Notes: generated by a model not told the origin, from the letters alone. A stretch of 64,000 nt of DNA from an uncultured Methanoregulaceae archaeon (GCA_963717525.1 OY970343.1:736001-800000), one strand, 5' to 3'; positions 11,817 to 22,465 are shown, counted from the stretch's first letter. Numbers and translations are program-made.

Positions 11817-11877
11817 TCTGACTCACCCAGTAGTCTTATTTTTTAGTGCGCAAGCCATATGTACCTTGGTATAATCC

Positions 11878-13784
11878 ATGGCGACAGCACAGGGTATGAG
11901 CGGGATCGATGTACGGGCGGTGATGTACGAACTCTGTGACAAGCTGCCGCTCTGGATCGACAAGGTCTATCAGTTCGATTCCCGCACTCTGGCAATCCGC
12001 TTAAACGGGGAGGAGCACGCGAAATACCAGTTCCTCGTGGAAGCCGGGCGGCGGGCGCACCTGGTGAAAAATTCCCCGGTCCCTCCCAAAAACCCCCCGC
12101 AGTTTGCAATGTTCCTGCGGAAATACATCTCCGGCGGAAAAGTGCTTGCGATCCGGCAGCATGGGCTGGAACGGATCCTTATTTTCGATATCGGGAAAGG
12201 TACGCTTACCTACCGGCTCATCATCGAACTCTTCGATGAGGGAAATGTAATCCTGACGGACGAATCGTACCGGATCATAAAACCCCTCCGCCACCACCGT
12301 TTCAGGGACCGGGATATCGTTCCCGATGCCATGTATACAATAAGCAGCACCGATCCGACCGGATCGCAGGAGAACCTTGCGGCGACGCTCGCCGGTGATG
12401 ACCGGGATCTGGTGCGAGCCCTTGCTATTGCGGGTATGCTCGGGGGGACGTATGCAGAGTATGTGTGCCGGACTGCCGGTGCCGATAAAACCGTGCCGGC
12501 ATCGAAAGCAGATCCCGGGCTGCTGTTTGCTGCCGCCACTTCGCTTTTCGACCGGGTACAGCACCACGTGCACCCAATCATTTCAGCCGTGAGCTGCGAA
12601 CCGGTCGGTACTTGCGGTGGGATCAGAAAGCTACCTGGCTGACAATAACCGGTTTTCCGGTTTTTCCGAGGCGCTTGAGGCATTCTACCCGATGACCAAG
12701 GCAGAAAAAGCCAGGGTAGCGTCAAAGCCCCGGCTTTCCGAGGAGGAACGGATTCATAAATACCAGGAGACAGCAATAAAAAAATTCGATGAGAAGATCG
12801 CAAAGGCCGAAGAGGTTGTTGCCGCAATCTACGAAAATTACCCGTTCATCGCGCAGGTCATCTCATCGCTTGATGCCGCAAGCAAGCGCCTTTCATGGCA
12901 GGAGATCGAGCACCACCTCCGTAATACAACAACAACCGATGCAAAACGGATCGTGGCCCTCCATCCCGATGAAGCGGCTGTTGAGATCGATATCGGGAAA
13001 AAGGTGAAGATCTTTGTCCACGAGAGTGTCGAGCAGAACGCGGGCCGGTACTATGATCTCATAAAAAAATTCAAAAAGAAGAAAGAGGGCGCACTTCTTG
13101 CAATGAAGACGGTCAGGCCGAAAAAGAAGGTGATCCGGCGTGATCTCGTCCCGATGAAGAAGCTCTGGTACCACAGGTTCCGGTGGTTTGTAACGAGCGA
13201 TGGTGTTGTCGTGCTGGGGGGACGGGACGCATCGCAGAACGAGGAACTGGTCAAGAAGTACATGACAGGGGGAGATCTCTTTATCCACGCGGATGTACAT
13301 GGCGCGAGCGTTGTGATTGTCAAGGGTAAAACGGAGAGAATGGACGAGGTGGCGCAGTTTGCCGCATCGTACTCGGGCGCATGGCGGAGCGGGCATTTTT
13401 CCGCAGATGTGTACAGCGCACAGCCAAACCAGGTCAGCAAGACACCGCAGTCCGGTGAATTCGTATCCCGTGGATCATTCATCGTCCGGGGTGAACGTAC
13501 CTATTACCGCGATGTTCCCCTTGCGACAGGGATAGGTCTCGTTCTGGAACCCCATGCAGCGGTGATTGGGGGGCCGCCTGCCGTAATCCGGTCGCGAACA
13601 AAGGTCTTTGCCGAGCTGAAAGCCCGGCCAGTTCGAGCCAAACGATGTGGCAAAGAAAGTGCTGCGTCTCCTGCGGCAGGAAATCAATCCTGATGAGGAA
13701 CGTCTTCTCAAAGGGGTCTTAAATACTGAGGCGGTCGCGGCCTTTGTCCCGCCGGGTGGTTCTGATATCGTGGGAACATCATGA
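11878..13784 (+). CDS. rqcH: Ribosome quality-control protein Rqc2/RqcH (NFACT family); apparent frameshifts near 12610 and 13620
   Basis: NFACT N-terminus (ERILIFD, ELFDEGNVILTD) and NFACT-R (WYHRFRWF, GGRDASQNE, HADVHGA, VSKTP, GSFIVRG). The last frame ends in an ATGA overlap with pelota. Confidence 0.9.
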
Positions 13785-14806
13785 AAGCGGAATACGGCGA
13801 GCTCAAAGATAACTCGGGCGAAATCCGGCTCCTTCCGGAGAGTATCGATGACCTCTGGCACCTCCAGCACCTGGTAGCTCCCGGGGATCTGGTATTTGCC
13901 ACCACGTTCCGGAGCGTAGAGTCCGCAACCGATAAGATCCGTCCTGAAAAAGTGGAAAAACGACCGGTCAGGCTCGGGATCCGGGTGGAGAAAGTGGAGT
14001 TTTCCGAACATGGGGTGCGGCTTAGGATCACCGGCACCATCGAGCACGGGATCGACACCGGTGCGTACCACACGATCAATGTCGAGACCGGCTACGAGAT
14101 CTCGGTGATCCGGCGGTGGAGGCCGATCGATCTCGAACGGATCGAGCGGGCGGTAAAATCCTCGGTTTTTGGCGTGATCCATATCCTGACCCTTGAAGAG
14201 GGGGAGGCGGAACTCTTCCGGCTCCGGCAGTACGGCCCCGAGAGCGTGATCACGATCACCGCAGGGAGCGGGAAAGGCGGGGAGACGGAGACAAGGACCG
14301 GCTTTTTTGATACTGTCGCAAAAAGTATCGCTGAGATCTCCGGGCCGCTTGTCATCTCCGGGCCGGGTTTTATCAAGGACGATTTTGTCAGGTACGCGAA
14401 AAACAAGAACAGTTCTCCTGTCTGGCGTGCGATCGTGGTCGAGACCCGGAGGATCGGACGAGGTGCAGTGCAGGATGTGATTGGTGCAGGAACGCTTGAG
14501 AAACTGATCGGCGATCTCCAGCTCTCGCGTGAGGTCAGACTGATGGACGAGGTGCTCCTGCGCATCGCGCAGGACGGGGCGGTGGCCTACGGGAAAAAAC
14601 AGGTGGAGACCGCGATCGGGTACGGCGCCGTTGACGAAGTACTACTGGCAGATTCCCTGCTCAGGGACCAGACGATCGTGCCCCTGATTGAGAGCGCGGA
14701 AAGGATGCAGGCCACCGTTGTCGTGCTCTCCACGGAGTTCGAACCCGGTGAGCGGCTGGAAGCCCTCGGGGGCATCGCGGCTCTGCTGAGATATAAGATG
14801 GGCTGA
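13781..14806 (+). CDS. pelA: mRNA surveillance protein Pelota
   Basis: PESIDDLWHL, GAYHTI, GPGFIKD, LGGIAALLRY motifs. Confidence 0.95.
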   Translation: MKAEYGELKDNSGEIRLLPESIDDLWHLQHLVAPGDLVFATTFRSVESATDKIRPEKVEKRPVRLGIRVEKVEFSEHGVRLRITGTIEHGIDTGAYHTINVETGYEISVIRRWRPIDLERIERAVKSSVFGVIHILTLEEGEAELFRLRQYGPESVITITAGSGKGGETETRTGFFDTVAKSIAEISGPLVISGPGFIKDDFVRYAKNKNSSPVWRAIVVETRRIGRGAVQDVIGAGTLEKLIGDLQLSREVRLMDEVLLRIAQDGAVAYGKKQVETAIGYGAVDEVLLADSLLRDQTIVPLIESAERMQATVVVLSTEFEPGERLEALGGIAALLRYKMG

Positions 14807-14838
14807 TTGAGCGAGAAAAAAAGATTCAGGATGATCGA

Positions 14839-15516
14839 TTATTCTTCCTTCTTTTCCGGTTTCTTGTAGGTTTCGACAAGAGTGATCTCGGAGATTCCTT
14901 TCACCGTTTCGAAACCCTCGTGGATGATCCGGCCACGCCAGAGGAGCCAGCGCCGGTCATAGTTGATGCCGGGCGGGAGGGTGATGGTCGCCTTCCCGTC
15001 ATCAAGGGCAACCTCCATGTCTTTGCCGGCATAGAGCCGGATGATCCCCTGGATCTGTTCCAGCGATTCGGATACGGCCTCTTCAATCTTGTAGTGGTAG
15101 GTCAGTGTCTGCCCGGCAAGCGGAGCATTGAAATCGACAAGGACCCGGGAGCCGATGACATCAACGACCACGCCTTCGCCTTGGTCCTCGACACTGATGC
15201 GCATCCCGCGGACCGGCTTGTCCTTGAACTTACTCTTCGGGAAAGACTGGACCTTTTTCGGGTCTCGTTCGCCAAAGGCCTTCTCCGGCGAGATGGTGAC
15301 ATCGGACTCGGTGCCGACTTTCTTTCCGATCAGCTCTTCGTCAAGGCCGGTAATGACATGCTTCTGGCCGACGCAGATAGTGATCGGACCGTAGATCGCA
15401 TCCGCACTGTGGATGTCTGCCGTCTTTGCTGCAGCCTCATCGGTAGTATCGAAAACAATACCGTTTGCGCTGCCTGTATAACTGAGCTTAACAAAATCTC
15501 CTTCTTTTATCGCCAT
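14839..15516 (-). CDS. FKBP-type peptidyl-prolyl isomerase (SlyD-like, long archaeal type)
   Basis: VFDTT, GLDEEL, PEKAFGER, VDFNAPLAG motifs. Confidence 0.9.
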   Translation of the reverse strand: MAIKEGDFVKLSYTGSANGIVFDTTDEAAAKTADIHSADAIYGPITICVGQKHVITGLDEELIGKKVGTESDVTISPEKAFGERDPKKVQSFPKSKFKDKPVRGMRISVEDQGEGVVVDVIGSRVLVDFNAPLAGQTLTYHYKIEEAVSESLEQIQGIIRLYAGKDMEVALDDGKATITLPPGINYDRRWLLWRGRIIHEGFETVKGISEITLVETYKKPEKKEE

Positions 15517-15572
15517 AACATCACCTGACTATATTAAATCGCAACAATGACAGATAAAAGTGTGGCACGACC

Positions 15573-16100
15573 ATGCTCGAAATAGAACTCAAGGTACGGG
15601 TAGATTCCCTCGATCTCATCCGGCAGAACCTCCTCGCCCGGCATGCGAAGTTTCTGGGAAAACAGCATGAGCATGACATCTATTACAACGCCCCACACCG
15701 CGATTTCGGCTCGACCGACGAGGCCCTCAGGGTCCGGTATACCGATGGCCCGGCACTTGTCACCTACAAGGGAAAGAAGATCCCCGAACTGGGCTTGAAG
15801 GCCCGCGAAGAGCTCAATACGGCAATGGAATCCGGGGAGGTCTTCGAGGCAATTCTCGACCGGCTCGGGTTTACAAAAACCGCCGAGGTCAACAAGTGGC
15901 GGGAGAATTACCGGCTGGAGAATGCATCTTTTGCGCTGGATACGGTTGAAGGTCTCGGGACTTTTGCCGAGATCGAGATCATGGCAGAAAAGAACGGTGA
16001 AGACGCCACTGCAAAAATTATGAAACTTGCAAAAGAGATGGGAATTTCCGGCGAGCCAATCCTCGCCTCGTATCTCGAACTGCTTCTTGCTACACACTGA
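15573..16100 (+). CDS. CYTH-domain protein (class IV adenylate cyclase-like triphosphate tunnel enzyme)
   Basis: EIELK, ALRVR, TYKG, REE, K.RE, GLGTFAEIE, SYLELL motifs. Confidence 0.9.
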   Translation: MLEIELKVRVDSLDLIRQNLLARHAKFLGKQHEHDIYYNAPHRDFGSTDEALRVRYTDGPALVTYKGKKIPELGLKAREELNTAMESGEVFEAILDRLGFTKTAEVNKWRENYRLENASFALDTVEGLGTFAEIEIMAEKNGEDATAKIMKLAKEMGISGEPILASYLELLLATH

Positions 16101-16731
16101 GCAGTTCGATCTTGATATCTTTTGCCTCGTTCCCGAAGTGGAGCATGGCGCAGTAACCGTCCATCGCGGCACCCGGGTTCACGATCTTTACGCCGTCGAC
16201 TTCTTTGACACCACGTTGCTCGTGGATGTGGGCACAGCAGACAAGGTCAAAGTTTTTCATGTGGCGGCGGACGCTCTGGCTGCCTACATGCTCGCCGTCG
16301 ACCGCATCGAGGGTTTCAAACGGCGGGGGATGGGAGATGAGAACGTTGTGGACGGTCTTTTCCATCTTTGCCATTCCCCGGTGGAGCAGGTCATCGATCT
16401 GCTTGTCGGTCAGCTCGAACGGCGTATTAAACGGCGTCGGGTTGGAACCGCCAAGGCCCACGATGGTCATGGAACCCAGGTTGATCTGGGCGCCATGCAG
16501 GCAGACTGCGTCCGAATGTTCAAGCGTATCGAGGATCTCTTTGGGGTCACAGTTGCCCGGTACCGCAAAACAGGGTACATCAATGCGGGAAAGCACGTCA
16601 TCAATTGTGTCCACCGGACCCATATTGGTGATATCGCCGGCGATAAATACAGCTTCCGGATTCAATTCCAGAAATGAATCAATTTTACCGAATTGACCAT
16701 GGAGATCTGCTATCAAAAGCACATCTTTCAT
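16090..16731 (-). CDS. Calcineurin-like metallophosphoesterase
   Basis: DLHG, GDIT, GNCD, HPPP, HIHE, NPG motifs. Confidence 0.9.
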   Translation of the reverse strand: MKDVLLIADLHGQFGKIDSFLELNPEAVFIAGDITNMGPVDTIDDVLSRIDVPCFAVPGNCDPKEILDTLEHSDAVCLHGAQINLGSMTIVGLGGSNPTPFNTPFELTDKQIDDLLHRGMAKMEKTVHNVLISHPPPFETLDAVDGEHVGSQSVRRHMKNFDLVCCAHIHEQRGVKEVDGVKIVNPGAAMDGYCAMLHFGNEAKDIKIELLSV

Positions 16732-16737
16732 GGTATA

Positions 16738-17847
16738 TCATTGCAGACGCCGTCTAAAAAACCTTATCTCAGAGTCGTTCCACGAGCCGGTCAGTTTACC
16801 GCCGAGAGCGAGATCCCCGCAGGCTTTTTCTGTCCCGGGGAGGAGCGGACGCGCACGGGTTTTTGCAAGAGGAGTACCGGGAAGCGGGATAAACTGGTGG
16901 ACGTGGATCTTCCCGATTCGCGAGAGTTCCTGGATCGCGGCAACGGTTGCCTCCTGGTCTTCATCGGTCTCAAACGGAAACCCGACAATAAAATCGATCA
17001 CCGGGGTGATCCCGGCACCGGAACAGAGTTCTGCGGCCCGGATCGCCTCTGCTGCCGTGTGCCCCCGGTGGAGCCGGGCGAGAACAGCATTGCTTCCTGA
17101 TTGGGCGCCGAAGTGCAGTTTTGTGTTGGTGCAGTAACCGGAGATGAGTGCAAGAGACTCTTCACAGATGAACTCGGGCCTGACCTCGCTCGGGAATGTC
17201 CCGAAGAAGATCTCGTGGGTAAGTTTGCGCAGGAGATGTTCGATCTTGTCGAAGCGGGGATGGATCCCGTCGGAACCGTAGGCGAACGCATTGGGGCTGA
17301 TAAACCTTGCCTGACCATGCCGGTTGGCATACTTTGCGATCTCATCAATTGACCGGTGCCGCATGCAGTGTCCGAAGATCTGCGGGGTCTGGCAGTACCC
17401 GCAGGCAAAAGGACAGCCGCGGGAGATCTCCACGTATCCTTTCACATCGGAAAATGCCGGATATGCATCGAGCCGGACGCTGCTCTTTACCGGCTCGTAC
17501 CCGTCACGGGTCGCAACGCCGGGGATATGCCCGCTTCTCCCGGCTTCGAGATCGGCGAGCAGGGAAGGGAGGGTGTATTCACCCTCCCCCACGATCACGT
17601 AATCTGCGTACGCGGCCACTTCGCGCCAGCAGGCTGTTGCGTGCGGCCCTCCTGTAACAGTGATACAGTCAGCCGCTGCAATCTCGTCGCGGTACCTCCG
17701 TTCGTTTATCGAATTCAGCGAGTAGCAGGTGATGTCGGCCTCTGGTTGTGTCACCGGGAGAAGGTTCCAGCCAGTCGATCCACATGCCGCCCCAAGGACG
17801 GCATATGAATTCCGTGCAGCGGGGATCTCCCGCCAATTCACCTGCAT
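16738..17847 (-). CDS. B12-binding-like/radical SAM protein (MJ1487-like family)
   Basis: GGPHAT and VGEGE segments followed by EISRGCPFACGYCQ (CxxxCxxC). Confidence 0.85.
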   Translation of the reverse strand: MQVNWREIPAARNSYAVLGAACGSTGWNLLPVTQPEADITCYSLNSINERRYRDEIAAADCITVTGGPHATACWREVAAYADYVIVGEGEYTLPSLLADLEAGRSGHIPGVATRDGYEPVKSSVRLDAYPAFSDVKGYVEISRGCPFACGYCQTPQIFGHCMRHRSIDEIAKYANRHGQARFISPNAFAYGSDGIHPRFDKIEHLLRKLTHEIFFGTFPSEVRPEFICEESLALISGYCTNTKLHFGAQSGSNAVLARLHRGHTAAEAIRAAELCSGAGITPVIDFIVGFPFETDEDQEATVAAIQELSRIGKIHVHQFIPLPGTPLAKTRARPLLPGTEKACGDLALGGKLTGSWNDSEIRFFRRRLQ

Positions 17848-17921
17848 GTCACAAACCGGTCTGATACCTGAAAAACGTTGGAGAATTTATTTATGACTTC
17901 TCTCCAGTTTTATGTGAATTT

Positions 17922-18389
17922 TCAGGTCAAAAGCTCATCAACAACGTTGTAGGTCTGGCCGTTATTCATGGAGACTGCAACCTGTACCCGATCCGCTGCA
18001 CCGGTCAGGGTTCCTGGTGTTCGCGGCGTCCCGGCCATTGAAACTTGGTCGCCTTGATCTAACCCCAACGTTTTAGTCTGGGTAGATCCATCAGCCCGTG
18101 TCACGGTGACAGTAACTCCATTGACATTATTCTGCCCGGGGCCCCCGTTAAAGGTCACTAAAATGGCGCCTTGGTCTGTCTTTTGCCCGACACTGACTGA
18201 GATTGCGATATCTGCGGGCATCACATCGGTTGGGCTCGTAGTAAGGGTGGAGGCGGGAGATGCCGCTCCGCTCGTGGTGATGCTACTTGAAGGGCTGCCT
18301 GAAGACGTGGTCTGCGAACTGGTGCACCCAGCGATAGCGACTGCACAACAGACTAGGACAATCAGTACAAGGATCGTGCTGGCTTTCAT
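17922..18389 (-). CDS. Predicted lipoprotein with Ser/Thr linker and beta-rich domain
   Basis: Signal peptide ending IAGC, an S/T-rich linker and a beta-strand-rich C-terminus. Confidence 0.7.
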   Translation of the reverse strand: MKASTILVLIVLVCCAVAIAGCTSSQTTSSGSPSSSITTSGAASPASTLTTSPTDVMPADIAISVSVGQKTDQGAILVTFNGGPGQNNVNGVTVTVTRADGSTQTKTLGLDQGDQVSMAGTPRTPGTLTGAADRVQVAVSMNNGQTYNVVDELLT

Positions 18390-18486
18390 ACCAGATGATG
18401 ATTGGCGGGATTATTTGTTAATTGCGATCTTTATCCTGGCTTCCCTTTCCCTGGGACTGGACTGCACCCTTGCAGGTGCCGGGGCG

Positions 18487-19324
18487 TTATCCGCTAATCT
18501 TCCGGAGTGCATCGGCTGCAGCCTGCACGACCCCTCTGTCGGCATGGTGGAGCAAGTTCATCAGTGGTGTTGCCGCTCTCCTGTCCCCGATCTCGCCCAG
18601 GGACCAGATCGCGGCATCACGGACCACCGGTGTCCCGTCGAGCAGGGGGAGGAGGGTTCCGACGGCGTCGTGGGCCTGTAGTGTACCGAGAACCAGGATG
18701 ATACGCCATGTGAGCCCGTCTGGTGCACCGTGCAGGGTGTCGATGAGAAGCGGGGTTGCCCTGGTTTTTGGATCAGAAAGGAGATCGAATGCCGCACTTC
18801 GGTACTGCCCGGTCATCGTTGTCAAGGGCACTGATGAGGAGCCGGAGGTTGCCGGTATCCGGGGCTCCTGCAAGGTTTGCAATAATCCCAAGCCGGACAG
18901 AGCGCGGTGCATGGCCAAGGTTCTCTCTCCACTGATCGCGAAGCTCAGGGTTCGTTTCCTGCTCTGCCGGTACCGGTTCAGCATCCACCTCCGGCTTTGC
19001 CAGTGACGGGGCCGGGTCGGCACGACCGAGAGCTTCTGCCCAGCTGGTGACTGTCCACCGTGCCACTTCGCCGGAAAATCCCAACTCGTCCTCCAGCCTT
19101 TTCACCAGAAAAGCCTCGGTCAGCGCGAGGGGGAGTGTGTGGCGGGGGGTGAGGAGATCGTCGGTCACGTGCTGGCGCACAGCATGGACAAGGACGAAGA
19201 TCTCGCGGGTGCACTCCGGGCAGGTATCGCGCAGCAGCCCCTCGCACCGGTTGGCGTCATGGGCAATCGAGACCCCGTTCAGGGCGATGAGGCGGGCAAG
19301 CATGGTCCGGGCGGTGTCGTTCAT
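18487..19324 (-). CDS. Helical N-terminal domain plus HEAT/PBS-lyase repeat protein (apparent frameshift near 18800)
   Basis: ORF 18773..19324 runs into 18487..19023, which has HEAT repeats (VRDAAIWSLGEIGD, VVQAAADALRKI). The start overlaps the kinase stop (ATGA). Confidence 0.75.
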
Positions 19325-20670
19325 GGCTGCTCCCGAAACGGCGACATAATGATACAGGTTACGCCGTCAATGGTTATGGAGGTTTTCGGGTTGAGGGGCA
19401 CGGCCCGGCCCGGGGGTACGGCCGTGGTCGTCCCGTCGGGAAACGTCACCTGCCACGTGCTGCCGGACAGATTCCTTATCCCGGCAGCGCCCGGGATGGA
19501 AGGGTGGGGGACGACACGGCCGATCTCCGACGTCCCGTCATCCGGGCCGGCGCCTGGCGTTATATGAAGCGACCGGAGGGAAACACCTGGGGTAAGCGCA
19601 AGGGAGGAGTTCCCTCCCGGGCGGCGGATCTCCAGGAATGGCGGCGGGGGAATCGGGCTCTTGCAGTGCCAGCAGGAGAAATACGACTGTCTTTCCGCTG
19701 TTACATTCTCCGCACGGCAGCGCGGGCAGGGTACCAGCCGGTCCCTGAGAGAGAGAAAGAGGTTCTGCCATTCCCCTTCGGTGACCCTCCGGTTCGGGTT
19801 CTCGAGGCCTTCGGTAAAGGCCCGGGTAAACATCGCTTTGAGTGCGGGGGGGCAGAGCTCCCATCGGTTACGGGCGATTGCATAGTCCGGGTCTCGGGGC
19901 AACCGGTTTGCCGGGTTATCCGGATCGAATACAAAGACCGGGGAGATCCCGTAGACTTGTTTTTTGGCCGGAATGTCCCAGCAGTGGTACCGGTACTCCA
20001 TCTCCCCATGGAAGGGGTGGTGCCAGACCCAGAGGTAGAAGAGCAGGACCGCCAAAGCGTGGAGATCAGTCTCAGTCGAGGGGTCACTTTCCTCGCGGAT
20101 CAGCTCCGGGGGCATGTATTCGAGCGTTCCCCAGACCTGGCAGTGGGACTGGCGGTTGACGCCGACATTGTCGTTGTCGCAGATCAGGACATCACCGGTT
20201 TTCGGATCAAACATCAGGTTTCCTGCCGAGATATCCCGGTAGCAGTGGCCCGAGAGGTGGAGGGCACGGTAACTGTTTGCGAGCTGGTACGAGACCTCGC
20301 AGAGCGCGGCGATCCCCGGGACCGGTTTTAAATGCGCCCAGACCTCGCCAAGCTCGGCAAACCGCTGCGTATCGATCCGGGTCATCAGGTACCCGAACTG
20401 TTTCGATCCTTCAGCGGTGACGAGATCGAGAGGCCAGATAAACCGTTTTCCCGCCGCACCGTACGGCGGGCCGGTCCGGACAAGGTAGGCGATGGCATCC
20501 CGCTGGTCCGGGGTTGCCTGCTCGGGCTTGTACCACTTCACGGTCTGGTATCCCTGCGGCCCGTCCACAAGGTAGACTTCGCCCTGTGTGCCCTCGCCGA
20601 TCTTTTTTATCACGTGCAGGGTGATCTGGAGCTGCTTCGCATGGAGGCGCTGGCCAATCGGGAGCGGCAT
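19321..20670 (-). CDS. YegI-like Ser/Thr kinase with C-terminal Zn ribbon and beta-rich domain
   Basis: IGEGTQGEVY, VKWY, FIWPLD, YRDISAGN, CDNDN, GTLEYMPPE, CPRC..CWHC. Confidence 0.88.
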   Translation of the reverse strand: MPLPIGQRLHAKQLQITLHVIKKIGEGTQGEVYLVDGPQGYQTVKWYKPEQATPDQRDAIAYLVRTGPPYGAAGKRFIWPLDLVTAEGSKQFGYLMTRIDTQRFAELGEVWAHLKPVPGIAALCEVSYQLANSYRALHLSGHCYRDISAGNLMFDPKTGDVLICDNDNVGVNRQSHCQVWGTLEYMPPELIREESDPSTETDLHALAVLLFYLWVWHHPFHGEMEYRYHCWDIPAKKQVYGISPVFVFDPDNPANRLPRDPDYAIARNRWELCPPALKAMFTRAFTEGLENPNRRVTEGEWQNLFLSLRDRLVPCPRCRAENVTAERQSYFSCWHCKSPIPPPPFLEIRRPGGNSSLALTPGVSLRSLHITPGAGPDDGTSEIGRVVPHPSIPGAAGIRNLSGSTWQVTFPDGTTTAVPPGRAVPLNPKTSITIDGVTCIIMSPFREQP

Positions 20671-20672
20671 GC

Positions 20673-21605
20673 CTACCAGCCCTCCTTGCCAGATAAAGAC
20701 GCATCGTTATCAGGTTCTGGTTCCTGTGTCAGTCTTTCCTCGGGCCTGATACATGCCCAGACAAGAGTCATGTCATCGCCGCTTGCAATTTCAGAAAAGC
20801 GATCGAGCCACCCTCCTATTGCCGCAGCCACAGCCTCGGTTCCATAGGTGCGGATCCTATCGGCAAGGCTGTGGACAAAGACAGAAAACTCCTCGCTTTC
20901 GGAACCTGCAAACGAATCCGATATGCCGTCGGTTGCACCGAGCAGGATGCCACCCTCGCCACGGTCGATTGTCGCTGTCCGCCAGAGCAGGTGGGCATCG
21001 GCAGACGAAAGTGAATGCGTCTCGTTTCCTGCAAGGACCGGGTCCCGGGGGAGGGGGAATTCGATAGTGCCGCCGGGCCTGACCAGAAGAAGGTCTCCAT
21101 CGCCGATCTGGGCAAGAAGGATAGTGTCACCGACCACGAGCGCGGCTAAAAGCGTTGTCCCATACCGGGTGAAGATCTGCTCTGTCGGCCCATGTGCCTG
21201 AGAAGTCCGAGGGGAAGGAAGTATCTGCCTATCGGTGTCCTGCCCGACCAGTTCCCGCCAGCGCCGGGTGGCAAGCCGGGGAAAATCGGTCTTGAAACTG
21301 GCGCGGAACTGCTGGTGGGGAATATTTCCATCTGCATAGGAGCGGTGGAACGTGACCAGCTCCCCGATGGCAGCCTCCACGGCAAGGATAGATCCGGTCC
21401 TGCTCAGATCGTGACGGGGATCGCCATGGCCGTCTGCAACAGCAAACGCAATGCAGGGCTGTGCCCCGGCTGAACCGCTCCATATGGCGTAGGCGTCTTC
21501 GCAGGGCCGGCGAGCCCGCAGGTGGGAAGCCCCGGTCCGGCTGCACCCGAATACCCATCCAAGGCCGGTGTCGCAGGTGCAGGAGAACTCTTCCGGCGAC
21601 GGCAT
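20673..21605 (-). CDS. PP2C-family phosphatase (PphC/YegK-like)
   Basis: GASH..PCEDA, VADGHG, YGTTLL, QIGDG, ATDGISD, SGDDMT motifs. Confidence 0.9.
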   Translation of the reverse strand: MPSPEEFSCTCDTGLGWVFGCSRTGASHLRARRPCEDAYAIWSGSAGAQPCIAFAVADGHGDPRHDLSRTGSILAVEAAIGELVTFHRSYADGNIPHQQFRASFKTDFPRLATRRWRELVGQDTDRQILPSPRTSQAHGPTEQIFTRYGTTLLAALVVGDTILLAQIGDGDLLLVRPGGTIEFPLPRDPVLAGNETHSLSSADAHLLWRTATIDRGEGGILLGATDGISDSFAGSESEEFSVFVHSLADRIRTYGTEAVAAAIGGWLDRFSEIASGDDMTLVWACIRPEERLTQEPEPDNDASLSGKEGW

Positions 21606-21612
21606 AATAATG

Positions 21613-22365
21613 CTAGAACAGATCGGTATTTGACGTAATCATCTGTGGCGGGGAATCGAGGGCGACGTTCGATACATCGTCACCGGGAGGTGCGCCCCGG
21701 CTCCGGCCCCGGGAGGATGCGACTGATGCGCTGACCGAGGCCCATTTGATATATGCGACCAGTTCCTCGGGAGAATGCGCCCTGAGGAGGCCGACAGATT
21801 CCTGGTTGGTGAACTTGAGCAGTTCGGGTGCATTATAATCCGATTCGTCACCGATGGCGATGGCAAGCCTGACCGCCTTGATGCCCCAAGGGATCTTTCC
21901 GAGCTCTGCAATGGCGGCGTCGTACTCTTCGCGGGGATCGGTGCAGAACCCATCCGATATGAGGATGCAGACCGGCGGGAGTCCCCGGCGGGGCATGCGC
22001 TCGATGGAAAGTTCACCGGCAAGGAGCCGGAGGGCTTTTGCGGTTGCAGTCAGGCCGCTGGTCTCCAGTTCCGGCCAGACAAATTCGTTTAAGGGAACCG
22101 GGTCAGGACCGACAAGCCATGATGCATTGTTGGAGAATTTTATCGCCCTCATCCGGATATCGACCTGCGGGTATCCAGCGACTGCCTTCTGGACCTCGGG
22201 CAGTGCCTCGCGGATGGCCTGGTTGAGTGTTGCAATCTTCTTTCCCCGCATCGAGTCAGAGCAGTCGGCCAGCCAGAAGAAATGCAATTGTTTGCGTGCC
22301 ACCTGTCCGTCAGGGATCGGAATTGCATCTTCGATAAAAACTCCCCCGTTATCTCTTAAGTACAC
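21613..22365 (-). CDS. TerY-like von Willebrand A domain protein
   Basis: MIDAS DCSDSM, GLTAT, ILISDG, AIAIG. First gene of the vWA-PP2C-kinase triad (GTG start). Confidence 0.88.
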   Translation of the reverse strand: MYLRDNGGVFIEDAIPIPDGQVARKQLHFFWLADCSDSMRGKKIATLNQAIREALPEVQKAVAGYPQVDIRMRAIKFSNNASWLVGPDPVPLNEFVWPELETSGLTATAKALRLLAGELSIERMPRRGLPPVCILISDGFCTDPREEYDAAIAELGKIPWGIKAVRLAIAIGDESDYNAPELLKFTNQESVGLLRAHSPEELVAYIKWASVSASVASSRGRSRGAPPGDDVSNVALDSPPQMITSNTDLF

Positions 22366-22465
22366 AATCTATCTGTCTACAATATAAGATCACCGTTTGA
22401 ACGGCCGGAGCAGCGGGATACGGCCAATTTGGCCTTTTAATAGTGAAAAAAGAAAGATGTATGAG

